Source: a virus. Taken from it: 64,000 nt of DNA. Position numbers and translations under genes: made by a program. Every line of letters starts with the position of its first letter. Positions within the stretch are counted from its first letter, which is position 1. Below the pieces are notes generated by a model. The model was not told where the DNA came from, made no database searches, and was given only the letters and a program-made list of their open reading frames with translations. Where the stretch lies: positions 4,381 to 68,380 of IMG/VR virus record IMGVR_UViG_3300005264_000039; one strand, written 5' to 3'. Shown here piece by piece: positions 10,186 to 21,057 of the stretch.

Positions 10186-11835
10186 ATGCCAAATAAAAAT
10201 CAAAATAATTTTTTTGATGATTTAAAGAAAATATTTTCCGCATCAATTGTTGTAAAAAACAAAAAGGGAAATCAAAAAATTGTAAATTTGTATAAGTTAA
10301 ATACTAATGCAAATTTACAAACAAACTTTACATATCAACAGCCTAATTCGGTGTATCGTCCAAATACTGGAATGACACCATCGAATACGACATCATTTCA
10401 AATATTGCGTTCTGAATTATATAGTGATTATGAAGTAATGGATAATGATGCTATTTTAGCAACTGCATTAGATATATATGCGGATGAAAGTACAACCAGA
10501 GATATAATGGGTGATATTATTACTATTATAACTGACGATGTTAAAATAAAAGATTCATTGAGTACATTGTTTAATAACGTGCTGAATATCGATTTTAATT
10601 TATGGGGATGGGTTCGTAATTTAGTTAAATATGGTGACTTTTTTTTGAAGTTAGATATTGTTGAGGAAGTTGGTATCGTCAATGCACATCCATTGTCTGT
10701 GTATGCTGTTGATAGGGAAGAAATTCCAGATTCACCAGATGAAATATCTTTTAACTATGATATGTCAGTTGGTGTTCGTGTCCCATTTAAAGATTTACGA
10801 TATAATAGTAATAGTAATGTTGCGACATTTCATAGTTATGAAGTATCACATTTTAGATTATTAAATGATACTAATTTTTTACCATATGGTAAATCGATAT
10901 TAGAGCCAGCTCGTAAAGTTTGGAAACAAATTGTACTGATGGAAGATGCAATGCTAATTCAACGTATAATGAGAGCACCCGAAAAGCGTATATTCAAAGT
11001 AGATGTGGGGTCAATACCACCTGCGGAAGTAGAATCTCACATTAATAATATAATGAATAATATTAAGAAGACTCCACTAATTGATAATAAAACAGGGGAT
11101 TATAATTTGGAGTTTAATATGCGTAATATGTTAGATGATTTCGTCATACCAGTACGTGGTGGTAATAGTGGTACTGAAATAGATACTTTACCTGGATTAG
11201 ATTATAGTGCAATTGATGATATTGAATATTTGCGTTTAAAATTATTATCATCATTAAAAATACCAAAGGCATTTATTGGATTTGATGAAAATGTTGGTGA
11301 TAGTGCATCATTAAGTACACAAGATGTTAGATTTTCAAGAACAATAGAACGTATTCAACGGATTATTGAAAGTGAATTGACTAAAATAGCAATCACACAT
11401 TTATTTGCACAGGGTTTTAGTGAAAGTAGTTTAGTTAATTTCGAATTGAGATTAACACCATCAAGTCAGCTTGCTAGATTAGAACATTTAGAAACTCTCG
11501 ACCAACAAATTAATGTTGCTAATAGTTTACGTGATTTGAAATTGTTTAGTGATGAATATATTTATGAAAATATATTCAATATTTCAAGTAAAGAAATGAA
11601 AATAGAACAAAATAGATTAGTTAATAATTACAAATTAGTGTATAGATTGGAAACGATTGAAAATGATGGTGAAGACCCATTTGATACAGTTGGTAAGACT
11701 GACGAAGATTATAACCTTGATGATGAATATGAAAAGAAAATACATAATGTACAGAATACTTATATCCATGATTCTTTTATTGGACACTTAAAAAATCAAT
11801 ATAACAAAAAAAAAGACACTAAAATAATAAAATAA
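10186..11835 (+). CDS. portal protein, T4 gp20-like
   Basis: ALDIYADE, MEDAMLIQRIMRAPEKRIFKVDVG, GTEIDTLPG, DVRFSRTIERIQ. Confidence 0.93.
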   Translation: MPNKNQNNFFDDLKKIFSASIVVKNKKGNQKIVNLYKLNTNANLQTNFTYQQPNSVYRPNTGMTPSNTTSFQILRSELYSDYEVMDNDAILATALDIYADESTTRDIMGDIITIITDDVKIKDSLSTLFNNVLNIDFNLWGWVRNLVKYGDFFLKLDIVEEVGIVNAHPLSVYAVDREEIPDSPDEISFNYDMSVGVRVPFKDLRYNSNSNVATFHSYEVSHFRLLNDTNFLPYGKSILEPARKVWKQIVLMEDAMLIQRIMRAPEKRIFKVDVGSIPPAEVESHINNIMNNIKKTPLIDNKTGDYNLEFNMRNMLDDFVIPVRGGNSGTEIDTLPGLDYSAIDDIEYLRLKLLSSLKIPKAFIGFDENVGDSASLSTQDVRFSRTIERIQRIIESELTKIAITHLFAQGFSESSLVNFELRLTPSSQLARLEHLETLDQQINVANSLRDLKLFSDEYIYENIFNISSKEMKIEQNRLVNNYKLVYRLETIENDGEDPFDTVGKTDEDYNLDDEYEKKIHNVQNTYIHDSFIGHLKNQYNKKKDTKIIK

Positions 11836-11945
11836 ATATTTATATATTGGTATTAAAACACCAATATCAAGAATAAATGATAATATATTAGCAATAAAAC
11901 CGAATTATTAAAATAAAATAATACTATTTATAAGAAATACTTACA

Positions 11946-12794
11946 ATGGGTAAAAAGCACAATAAATTAAAAAATACAGGCATATTATTTGAAGTCTTGA
12001 TTAATATGTTAACGAAGTCAATAATGTCACATGATATTAAAATAGAAAGTCGTATTAAAGGCATTATGAAGACAAATTTTAATGACAGTGAAATCTATAA
12101 AGAATATAATTTGTATAAGCGGATTAGTGAAGCAACGATACCGAAAAATGATTTTAATAATTTCATTTCGCAAATTATAAAAAGTAGAAAATTACTAGAT
12201 GAACATAAATTGAATAGTGAAAAGTATAATCTCATAAAAGAATTGAAAAATTATTATGATTTAGGTGATATATTGAAGAAGAGAATTTCAAATTATAAAT
12301 TATATGCATCCGTGTATAACTTATTTGAATATGTAGTGAATAATAATGTTAATAAGAAAATATTAATGAATTCAACGAACACAATCAAAGAACATGTCAC
12401 TGGTCATAAGACAGATAAAAATAAACTATTATCCGAATTTAAAGAATTGGATTCTAACACTCGTATTATTAGTTATGGTTTATTATTAAAAAAGTTCAAC
12501 ACAAAATATTCAAATATAAACGAAAATCAGAAAAAACTGTTATCATCATATATAAATTCAATATCAAATGATACATCATTAAAAGAATACATTGATACTG
12601 AAATTGCTAAATTCAAACGTATTGTAGAAAAACAACTTAAATTAAATAATATCGATAATAGATTGAAGATAAAGATTACTGAATTGTATAAACGTTTAAA
12701 TGATATGTTTATAGGGGATATTGCAACTGATAACCATGTACTGAATTTATTACGAATATACGAAATACAAAATGATTTTGATACTATAAAATGA
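11946..12794 (+). CDS. conserved hypothetical protein in the head-gene neighbourhood
   Basis: KHNKLKNTGILFE start, follows portal, TATTTATA at 11925. Confidence 0.7.
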   Translation: MGKKHNKLKNTGILFEVLINMLTKSIMSHDIKIESRIKGIMKTNFNDSEIYKEYNLYKRISEATIPKNDFNNFISQIIKSRKLLDEHKLNSEKYNLIKELKNYYDLGDILKKRISNYKLYASVYNLFEYVVNNNVNKKILMNSTNTIKEHVTGHKTDKNKLLSEFKELDSNTRIISYGLLLKKFNTKYSNINENQKKLLSSYINSISNDTSLKEYIDTEIAKFKRIVEKQLKLNNIDNRLKIKITELYKRLNDMFIGDIATDNHVLNLLRIYEIQNDFDTIK

Positions 12795-12810
12795 AATGGT
12801 ATTTAATATA

Positions 12811-12914
12811 TATAATAAATGCAATTATTATACAAAAATCTCGTCATTAAGACGAGATTTCTTGTTTATGGTTGTTTGATACCATTTAATATTATAATAG
12901 CTTAAATCGAATAT
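12811..12914. repeat. 104-bp dispersed element, copy 1, containing a bidirectional terminator hairpin
   Basis: Reverse complement matches 21058-21161 at 103/104 nt; stem AAATCTCGTC-ATTAA-GACGAGATTT. Confidence 0.95.
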
Positions 12915-13396
12915 TATATAGTGTAATTGAAGTTTAGTGCATTACGATTGATTTGCAATTTTATTGACTTTTCCACATTTTCTTGTTTTATTTCATTTTC
13001 TTCATTAAAATAATATGATTTAGTTTGTGAATAGTTTTTTACAACATCATTATTTAAAAATCGTTCTAATTCATATTTGTTAACAAATACACTACAATAA
13101 TCATTTTGAATTAAGTTTTTATCATATGTAAGACCATATAAGTTTAATTTAGTTATAAATATGATATTTGGTTCTTTTTTAATTAATTCATATTCATTTG
13201 ATTCTATCTTTTTTATAAGTCGTTCGATATTACTTTTTTCGGTTGATATATTTATATCACCACGTTTATGTGATTTGGGTTTTGTTTTTTGTTTACTTCT
13301 TTTTTTTGTATTTGTATCTCTTTTTTCTGTATTAGTATTATCTTCACTTGTTAATTTATCATATAAATTATCATTTTTTAAATTTACGGTTATCAT
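12914..13396 (-). CDS. hypothetical protein
   Basis: 160 aa ORF in a minus-strand operon. Confidence 0.6.
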   Translation of the reverse strand: MITVNLKNDNLYDKLTSEDNTNTEKRDTNTKKRSKQKTKPKSHKRGDINISTEKSNIERLIKKIESNEYELIKKEPNIIFITKLNLYGLTYDKNLIQNDYCSVFVNKYELERFLNNDVVKNYSQTKSYYFNEENEIKQENVEKSIKLQINRNALNFNYTI

Positions 13397-13400
13397 GTTA

Positions 13401-13952
13401 TTATTTTTTTAATTGTTTCTCGAATTTATCATATTCTGCATATAATTTTGTTTTTATTTCTTCCTTAGACAACCCAATATCCCAATCTTCAATATCTCCC
13501 ATATCGGTTATATAAGTAGAACTATCAAATGTATTGATATATTCATCTATTTGAGCCTTGAAGTCTCTCAAATATGCATCGATATTTTTATTGATTTTTT
13601 CTTGGTGTCTTTCTTTTAATGTACCATCTATTATATACTGTGTATCTTCTTCTGTCACACAATTTAAGCACATATTTCGATGTTTATACATTTCTCTATT
13701 AGCAAATCCTTTTAATGATTTGTTGCATTTTGGACATGTCAATGGTATTTTGTATTTATCACGTGCAGTTTGTAATTTACTCTTGGATATTTTAATTCCA
13801 TTTTTAATTGTCCACTCCTTATTATTATCAATCCATACATCGCCTTCTACATATTTTTTGGTTTTATCTGATTTTGTAACTAATATTTTAGTAGTTTCTG
13901 TGAAATTTCCTTTTAATATATCCTTTACACGTTTAATATTTTCATCTTTCAT
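13401..13952 (-). CDS. zinc-finger-containing hypothetical protein
   Basis: CPKC...CLNC. Confidence 0.7.
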   Translation of the reverse strand: MKDENIKRVKDILKGNFTETTKILVTKSDKTKKYVEGDVWIDNNKEWTIKNGIKISKSKLQTARDKYKIPLTCPKCNKSLKGFANREMYKHRNMCLNCVTEEDTQYIIDGTLKERHQEKINKNIDAYLRDFKAQIDEYINTFDSSTYITDMGDIEDWDIGLSKEEIKTKLYAEYDKFEKQLKK

Positions 13953-14476
13953 AACTGAGAAGTTTCAATTTGTTTTAATTTAATTGTTAATGTACCATTT
14001 GAATATACATTATTATGTATTTTTTGTAATGTATTAATATTTATGTGATTCCACGGTTCTATTTTTCGTTTTGTCATTGATTTATTATATAATATTTTAT
14101 TATGTTCTAATATCACATTTTCGAATCTACTTTTAGCAAAATTATGTTCATGCAGAATCTCATATTTCAATATACCACCATCATTAACCGAAGTTTCAAT
14201 TATGTACAAATAATTTTTTAATTTTGTATTATTTGTTTTATAAAATATATATATTTCTTCATTGAAGAATTGTTTTACTATTTCATAATCAAACTCATCA
14301 AATTTCAATTGTTTTAATATATATCGAAAAAATGTTTTGAACATATTAAAACGTGCTTTCGGGCTTTTGTGATATAATTTATAATTGTCAGTATCACCAT
14401 AAAATAAATTATAAAATGTAACATCTTTAAATGCTTTTTGTAATTTATTTAATAAAAATAATTTTATTTTTTTCAT
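13949..14476 (-). CDS. hypothetical protein
   Basis: 175 aa ORF, ATGA overlap with next gene. Confidence 0.6.
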   Translation of the reverse strand: MKKIKLFLLNKLQKAFKDVTFYNLFYGDTDNYKLYHKSPKARFNMFKTFFRYILKQLKFDEFDYEIVKQFFNEEIYIFYKTNNTKLKNYLYIIETSVNDGGILKYEILHEHNFAKSRFENVILEHNKILYNKSMTKRKIEPWNHININTLQKIHNNVYSNGTLTIKLKQIETSQL

Positions 14477-14500
14477 GTGTTTTATTATAAAAAATATAAA

Positions 14501-15460
14501 TTAAATATTTTGTATGAATCCTTCTTTTCGGAGAACATAATCAATTGCATTATTTGCAACATTAAATCCAAGAACTTCGCTAATTCCTTTTACTCCTGGA
14601 CTACCATTTATTTCTAAACAATGTGTGTTATCATTACTATCCTTAATAAAATCAAATCCAATTGTAAAAATCGAATCCCCAAATTTAGTTTGTAATGAAG
14701 TTATCATCGATTGTATGTATATTAGTTCTTTTTTTGTTGGGTCGTATCGTTCAACAGCCGCACCTTTGCTCACATTAGTTCGAAAATCAATACCTGCTCT
14801 ATTTCTACGCTCACCGCCAATAACCTCATCGCCAACTGTAAATATTCTAACATCGTAATTTGAATCTATATTTTCTTGCATAATAAATGGTCCTGTTTTT
14901 CGATATAGAATTTCTGCAATTGATTTTAATTGTTCATCGTTAAATACTTTTAAAACATCATTGCCTAAACTACCAGTTAAAGATTTTAATATCAATGGGT
15001 ATTTAATTTGTTCGGCAAAATGCAATAATCTACTATCTGTGGTTGCAAGATTTACTTTTGGAATGTATATTGTTTTGGGTGTAGGTATATTTAATTCTTT
15101 AAAAAACATATAGTTTTGATATTTGTCATTTGTGAAGCCAAGTAAATCAATTGGATTGTAAAATGATAAATTTAATATATTTTTAATGTTATTTATATAT
15201 CGAGATACATGTTTAGCATTATTTGTAGATAATGCTGGTCGTCTAATTATAAAAACATCATTTTCATTAATATAAACAAATTTTTCCAATGGACTGGAAT
15301 ACACTTTGTATCCGATTTTATCTTTGTATATAGTAGTAAACGATTTGTCAATTAAAATTACATTTATTCCTAACTGCTTTACATACATATACATAGTGTA
15401 TTCTGCACTTTGGTTGTTTGGATTTGTTGGTGTTTTACTGAATATGAATATTTGTTTCAT
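14501..15460 (-). CDS. rimK: RimK-family ATP-grasp ligase
   Basis: NDKY, IPTPKT, YPLILK..GSLG..V, MQENI, DVRIF, FRTNVSKG, GFDF, LEINGSPG. Confidence 0.88.
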   Translation of the reverse strand: MKQIFIFSKTPTNPNNQSAEYTMYMYVKQLGINVILIDKSFTTIYKDKIGYKVYSSPLEKFVYINENDVFIIRRPALSTNNAKHVSRYINNIKNILNLSFYNPIDLLGFTNDKYQNYMFFKELNIPTPKTIYIPKVNLATTDSRLLHFAEQIKYPLILKSLTGSLGNDVLKVFNDEQLKSIAEILYRKTGPFIMQENIDSNYDVRIFTVGDEVIGGERRNRAGIDFRTNVSKGAAVERYDPTKKELIYIQSMITSLQTKFGDSIFTIGFDFIKDSNDNTHCLEINGSPGVKGISEVLGFNVANNAIDYVLRKEGFIQNI

Positions 15461-15544
15461 GTATTATTTTTAAATAAATAGTAATTTTATTTGGTTTTGT
15501 TAAATAAAATTATTTTATTTGTACGGAATTATTAAAAACAAGTT

Positions 15545-16108
15545 ATGAAATTTTTTTATTTATATATAATGCTATTGTCTTTTATTAATACACATACCAA
15601 TAAAAGCACAAATACAATTGTATTAGTTCCAATGAAAACACAAAATACAATTGTATTATCACATAAAAAAAACTTATATGTGATAATTAAAAAATACGAA
15701 GGTGTTAGATTGCATAAATATTACGATGGTAATGGAAAAGATAACAGGGGTACAATTGGGTATGGTCACCTAATTAAATCCAATGAAAACATACCAAATG
15801 TAATATCAGAAGATTATGCTATGGACTTATTGTATAATGATGTTAAATATATTTACAACTATATTTCAAATAGATTCCCTGACTTACATGAAAACCAGAA
15901 GTGTGCATTAGTTGATTTCGCATTTAATTTAGGAATTGGTACTTTAAGTCGGAGTACGATACCAAACCTAATTAAAACTGGTGAATACGACAAAGTACCC
16001 AATGAAATTATACAATATTGTTATTATAATGGAAAAGTACATCGGGGGTTGAAAGAACGTAGAATGGTGGAGATTAAAATGTGGAATCAATGTCAGATTC
16101 ATCAATAA
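15545..16108 (+). CDS. GH24 phage lysozyme with hydrophobic N-terminus
   Basis: YEGVRLHKYYD...TIGYGH, ALVDFAFNLG, GLKERR. Confidence 0.9.
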   Translation: MKFFYLYIMLLSFINTHTNKSTNTIVLVPMKTQNTIVLSHKKNLYVIIKKYEGVRLHKYYDGNGKDNRGTIGYGHLIKSNENIPNVISEDYAMDLLYNDVKYIYNYISNRFPDLHENQKCALVDFAFNLGIGTLSRSTIPNLIKTGEYDKVPNEIIQYCYYNGKVHRGLKERRMVEIKMWNQCQIHQ

Positions 16109-16595
16109 ATTGCCATTTTTTAATTTCACATATTTTATCTAATAAATTAAATAATATTATTCTTTCATCGTAAGTTATATTTTGTATATCTGGGATGTTA
16201 GATACGTAATTTATAATATCATTTCTACCATATAGAAATGATATTTTTTTTAATGGTATAAGGTCACCCTTTAATTTTTTATTTGTAAACTTTGAAAGAA
16301 TCGCATCAATACTTTTATTATTTAATATATTTTCATTGTATAGTTGGTGTTTCCCATCGAGTATATATTTAATTTTAGTTTCGAGCATGGTTAATGCTGG
16401 TATGTCATTTGTTGAATTTTCCATTAAATATAATTGTTGTAATAATGGAATTGCATTTAATAATCTATTAATTGATGTAATATCTAATTGTAATTTGTTA
16501 TTAGTATTATTCATAATAAAATGTAATAGTGTATCATCGCTAGTATCAAGTAATTTTGATATTGCAATTTTCTTTTCATGTGTATTGAATGTCAT
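16074..16595 (-). CDS. hypothetical protein
   Basis: 173 aa ORF. Confidence 0.55.
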   Translation of the reverse strand: MTFNTHEKKIAISKLLDTSDDTLLHFIMNNTNNKLQLDITSINRLLNAIPLLQQLYLMENSTNDIPALTMLETKIKYILDGKHQLYNENILNNKSIDAILSKFTNKKLKGDLIPLKKISFLYGRNDIINYVSNIPDIQNITYDERIILFNLLDKICEIKKWQFIDESDIDSTF

Positions 16596-16671
16596 TGTGA
16601 GTAGTTTGTTTATTAAATATATAGTTATCTTTTTTTTTAATTTCTTTTATTTAAATTAAAAAAATTAAATT

Positions 16672-17433
16672 ATGGATGCATTAACAAAAACAACACTACA
16701 AACATTTGTTCAAAAATATTATATGGGTGGAATCGTAACCGATAGTATATGGAGTTTTCACGAAGAACAAAATGAATTGAAAGTAATGTTTAGAACAGAA
16801 GGAAAATCAATCATCGGAACGGGGTCAATTTCCAATATAAGTGATTTACCCAATTTTAGAATAGGTATTAACTCAGCGAAATCAATACTGACTGCAATTA
16901 GTAATTTGGATGATGATATGGAAATTGAAATGATTAAAGATGATGGATTTGATATGTTCACCTATATGAAGTTTAAAGATAATGATGTTACTAAAAAATG
17001 TAAATTGAGTGACCCAGATATGATTTTAAATCGTTATAGAGATACTAAAATTACTGATGATATATTTGATACTGTAATTGTTATTGATGATGATTTTATA
17101 AAAAAATTCAATAAAATCGAAAATACTGAAGATGCAGATAATATTTCAATGAAAGTTAATGTAGATGGAAGTATACAGTTTGTAGTGAATTACAATGAAA
17201 ATCGAATTGTAGACAACAGTCAATTTACATTCAATACGTCTGAGTTTAAAACTGAGTGGGATGAATATATAAGATTTGACATAGATGCTTTCAGACGAAT
17301 ATTTAAGTATAATAAAGATATTGTAATGGGTGTTATGAAAATAAGTGACAAAGCTAAACTTGCCAAATTTGAATTTAAGTTAAAAGGTAATATGACATAT
17401 ACATATTATACACCTGCATTTGAAGTAGTATAA
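16672..17433 (+). CDS. DNA polymerase sliding clamp, gp45-like
   Basis: 253 aa acidic protein, LSDPDMI linker, C-terminal YTYY, upstream of polB. Confidence 0.65.
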   Translation: MDALTKTTLQTFVQKYYMGGIVTDSIWSFHEEQNELKVMFRTEGKSIIGTGSISNISDLPNFRIGINSAKSILTAISNLDDDMEIEMIKDDGFDMFTYMKFKDNDVTKKCKLSDPDMILNRYRDTKITDDIFDTVIVIDDDFIKKFNKIENTEDADNISMKVNVDGSIQFVVNYNENRIVDNSQFTFNTSEFKTEWDEYIRFDIDAFRRIFKYNKDIVMGVMKISDKAKLAKFEFKLKGNMTYTYYTPAFEVV

Positions 17434-17438
17434 TATTC

Positions 17439-17466
17439 AAATGGTAACATATAGTTACCATTTTTC
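17439..17466 (+). terminator. hairpin terminator
   Basis: AAATGGTAAC-ATATA-GTTACCATTT followed by T run. Confidence 0.7.
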
Positions 17467-17492
17467 TTTTATATAGAAAACATTGAAATAAT

Positions 17493-17937
17493 ATGATTTT
17501 TAATATGATTAGATTTAACAAAGAAATACAAGGCACTAGGGATAGCGACCATTATGCAACACCAAAAAGTTTTATCAAAAATTACATAGTGAATTTGCAT
17601 TTGACCATGTCCTTTAAGAAGTACTAAAGATGGTCTTTTACTTGATTGGAATGGTGTAATTTATATAAACCCACCATATTCTAATATAACACCATTTTTA
17701 ATAAAAGGTGTTGAAGAAATAAAAAAAAATGTAATGCAATTAAATTGGTTTATTTGATACCGATAAGGAGTGATACAAAATATTGGCATAATGCAATATG
17801 CAACTGAAATACGTTTTATAAAAGGTAGATTAAACTTTAATGAAAGTAAGAGTCTTGCTCCATTTCCATGTGTTTTAGTAATTTTTGATAAAACATTGAG
17901 TGGGAATAGTAATTGTGTTACATATGAACAAAAATAA
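17493..17937 (+). pseudogene. frameshifted phage N6-adenine DNA methyltransferase (Dam-like)
   Basis: Motifs in order across frames: DHYATP, CPL..DGLLLDW, YINPPYS, IPIRSDTKYW, EIRFIKGRLNF, APFP; about 4 frameshifts. Confidence 0.85.
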
Positions 17938-17950
17938 AAGGATAAGATAA

Positions 17951-20692
17951 ATGTATAAAACAATATATTACAATAAGACTAAAAATGTTATTCATTTATG
18001 GGATGATGTAACAGGATATAAAAAATTTAAATATGAAGATTATGCGTATACATTAACAAATGAAAAAACGCAATATAAATCTCTATTCGGTGAAAATGTT
18101 AAAAAAGTAACAGATATAACTAAATATAATAATGATGAATTATTAGAGAGTGATATAAGACCCGAATTTAAAGTATTATCGGATTTGTATTTGGATAGTG
18201 ATGAAGTATCTACTGATAATAATATTTTATTTTTTGATATTGAGGTTGAAGTTACAGATGGATTTCCAAATTCACATTTGGTTAATAACAAAGTCACTGC
18301 AATATCATTATATTTTTCAAAAACTAAAAAATATAGTGTTCTATTATTAAATGATGAATCATCGATAGATGATAATGATTTAACTGAAATCCCATCTGAT
18401 TATAATATTAAATTATTTGATAGTGAGAAAGATTTATTATTATATTTCATAAAACTATTACAAAATAATAAACCTAATATTGTAACTGGTTGGAATATTG
18501 AGACGTTTGATATTCCATATATTTATAATAGAATTAAAAAACAGTTAGGTTATAAATATGCAAATCGTCTATCACCTATTAATATAGTAAAATATCAACA
18601 TGACAATGCAAATGCAATCAGAACTACAATAGCAGGTATTGATATTTTAGATTATATATCACTCTACAAACAATTTACGCAAAATGAACAATCTAGTTAT
18701 TCACTAGAAAACATATCTCAAAAAGAATTAAAGCGTGGTAAAACTAAATTCGATGGTTCATTAAATAATTTATTACGAACAAATCCTTTGAAATTCATTG
18801 AGTATAGTATAACTGATACTGAATTGGTTGTTGCACTTGATACTAAATTGAATTTTATTGAGTTGGCTCGGTCGATTTGTCATAGAGGACATGTTACATA
18901 TGAAAATATAAAATATAGTTCAATATGGTTAGAAGGTGCTTCTCTTGTATATTTACATCGTAAAAACATCATAGCACCAAATAAAAAAAGTAAACAAATA
19001 TTTGAATTGGTGCAAGACCATTTAAGTGATGATAATATTATTAAATTTAAGCATAATATTGATATAACAACTGTTCCTTTCAATGGAGTATTACGGTTTA
19101 AAAAATCAGAAACAAATTATTTCGATGTACCATATACTGAAATTAAAGATAATACTATAACATTAAAAACTAAATTACATAAATTCATAAAAAAATCATA
19201 TACTGTGTTAGTTGCATTATTGGGTGCATATGTGAAAGAACCAATAGCAGGATTATTTAAATGGATATATGATTTAGATTTAGTATCATTATACCCATCT
19301 ATTATTAGGTCATTAAATATAAGTTATGAAACTAAAATAGGGAGAATATTACAATGGGATAAAGATTATTTGAAGAATAAAACAAAGAAGAATTATATTA
19401 TAGTATACCGAGATGGAACAAAACAAAATATAACTCACGAAAAGCTATTTAAAATACTTAGTACTAATAATATAGCAGTAGCAACAAATGGTGTAATGTA
19501 CGATACATCTACAATTGGATTTATTCCATCTATTTTAACCGATTGGTTTGGTGAGCGTGTTAAAATGAAAGATTTGATGAAGTATCATAAAAAAAAGAAA
19601 GATGTATATTTGTCAGATTATTATAATACACGACAATGGACAATGAAGATTATGTTAAATTCATTTTATGGAGTAATGGCACTACCAAGTTTCAGATTTT
19701 ATGACATGGACAATGCAGAGGCAACAACATCAACTGGTCAAAGTATTATAAAATATACAGCAAGAAAAGCAAATGAATTTTATAATAATCAAACTAACAG
19801 TACGCAACTACCTGATAATGTGATATATACAGATACGGATAGTATTTTTTTATCATCTTTACCACTTATACCTGATAAAAAACTATCAGATGACGAAATG
19901 ATTGAAAAAACAATTGATGTGGCATTACAAACTCAGACATATATAAATGATGCGTATGATGTATATGTGAAAGAATATCATAATCTTAAAGGAACTCATT
20001 TCCTAAAAATTAAACAGGAATTAGTTGCTAAAAGTGGATTGTGGATTGCAAAGAAGCGATATGCATTAGATGTTATAAATGAGGAAGGAATTACAGTTGA
20101 TAGTAATTTACAGGTAACTGGTTTAGATGTAATTAGAAGTGATTTTCCACCTGCATTTAAAGGTGTATTAACTGAGATATTATTATCAGTTATGAATGAT
20201 AAATCCGAAAAAGAAACTACTCAAATAATAAAAGATTTCAAGCATTCATTTAAAAAGTTAAAAGAAACAGATATATTATCAATTATGATGAGTACAGGTA
20301 TAAGAGGATTAACTAAATATGATTATGATGACAGACAAAAATTTACATTTGGTAAGGGTACTCCTATTCATGTTAAAGCAGGTTTATTCCACAATGACTT
20401 CTTACAAAAGAATAAACAATTTAATTACGATATGATAAGAAACGATGATAAAATCAAATGGACAAAATTATTGCCGAATGAATATAATATTAACGTAATT
20501 GCATTAAAAGAACAAGATAACGGATATTATGAAGGATTGATGGATTTTGTTAAAAATAATATTGATATCGAAGAAAATTTCAATGGGAAATTATTGAAAA
20601 AGTTAGAACAGATTTATAAGGCTATGAGATGGGATGTGAATGCAATAACACAAAATTATAATGAATCTATTGATAAATTATTTAATTTTTAA
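17951..20692 (+). CDS. family B DNA polymerase, T4 gp43-like
   Basis: Exo FDIEV, GWNIETFD, YSITD; polymerase DLVSLYPSII, KIMLNSFYG, YTDTDS, KKRYA. Confidence 0.97.
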   Translation: MYKTIYYNKTKNVIHLWDDVTGYKKFKYEDYAYTLTNEKTQYKSLFGENVKKVTDITKYNNDELLESDIRPEFKVLSDLYLDSDEVSTDNNILFFDIEVEVTDGFPNSHLVNNKVTAISLYFSKTKKYSVLLLNDESSIDDNDLTEIPSDYNIKLFDSEKDLLLYFIKLLQNNKPNIVTGWNIETFDIPYIYNRIKKQLGYKYANRLSPINIVKYQHDNANAIRTTIAGIDILDYISLYKQFTQNEQSSYSLENISQKELKRGKTKFDGSLNNLLRTNPLKFIEYSITDTELVVALDTKLNFIELARSICHRGHVTYENIKYSSIWLEGASLVYLHRKNIIAPNKKSKQIFELVQDHLSDDNIIKFKHNIDITTVPFNGVLRFKKSETNYFDVPYTEIKDNTITLKTKLHKFIKKSYTVLVALLGAYVKEPIAGLFKWIYDLDLVSLYPSIIRSLNISYETKIGRILQWDKDYLKNKTKKNYIIVYRDGTKQNITHEKLFKILSTNNIAVATNGVMYDTSTIGFIPSILTDWFGERVKMKDLMKYHKKKKDVYLSDYYNTRQWTMKIMLNSFYGVMALPSFRFYDMDNAEATTSTGQSIIKYTARKANEFYNNQTNSTQLPDNVIYTDTDSIFLSSLPLIPDKKLSDDEMIEKTIDVALQTQTYINDAYDVYVKEYHNLKGTHFLKIKQELVAKSGLWIAKKRYALDVINEEGITVDSNLQVTGLDVIRSDFPPAFKGVLTEILLSVMNDKSEKETTQIIKDFKHSFKKLKETDILSIMMSTGIRGLTKYDYDDRQKFTFGKGTPIHVKAGLFHNDFLQKNKQFNYDMIRNDDKIKWTKLLPNEYNINVIALKEQDNGYYEGLMDFVKNNIDIEENFNGKLLKKLEQIYKAMRWDVNAITQNYNESIDKLFNF

Positions 20693-20730
20693 TAATGGTT
20701 TGGAATGATTTTAAAATAACTGAATAATAC

Positions 20731-21028
20731 ATGGGGATTGTTTAGTAGAAATAAAAAAAATATGTTACAAAATAGAGTTGAAGAATTGAAAATTGATGGT
20801 GAAAATATAATATAAAAAAGAATCATTATCGAAGTTCCATTACCATATGAAGCAATTCAAGATTGTTTTATGTATAATGCAATGGATGCACCAACCGAAA
20901 TTAAAAGACTGTTAACGGAACTTCTTGTAGAAACGATTGACGAATTAATTTTAACAGAACGACCAAGTTATGTTGACGAAAATTGGTTGAAAGGTAAATT
21001 AAAACAGGTAAATAATGAAAATAAATGA
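20731..21028 (+). pseudogene. decayed hypothetical gene
   Basis: ATG out of frame with GLFSRNKK..., in-frame TAA at 20813, frame continues RIIIEVPLPYE... to TGA 21028. Confidence 0.5.
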
Positions 21029-21057
21029 AATATAAAAGGTGTGATAATATACATGTT

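Noticed and set aside
17661-17963. 100-aa minus-strand ORF
   Set aside because: Antisense to the Dam-like pseudogene, whose motifs are on the plus strand.
18995-19220. Intein or intron in PolB
   Set aside because: No Cys/Ser start with His-Asn end, too short, and the frame is uninterrupted.
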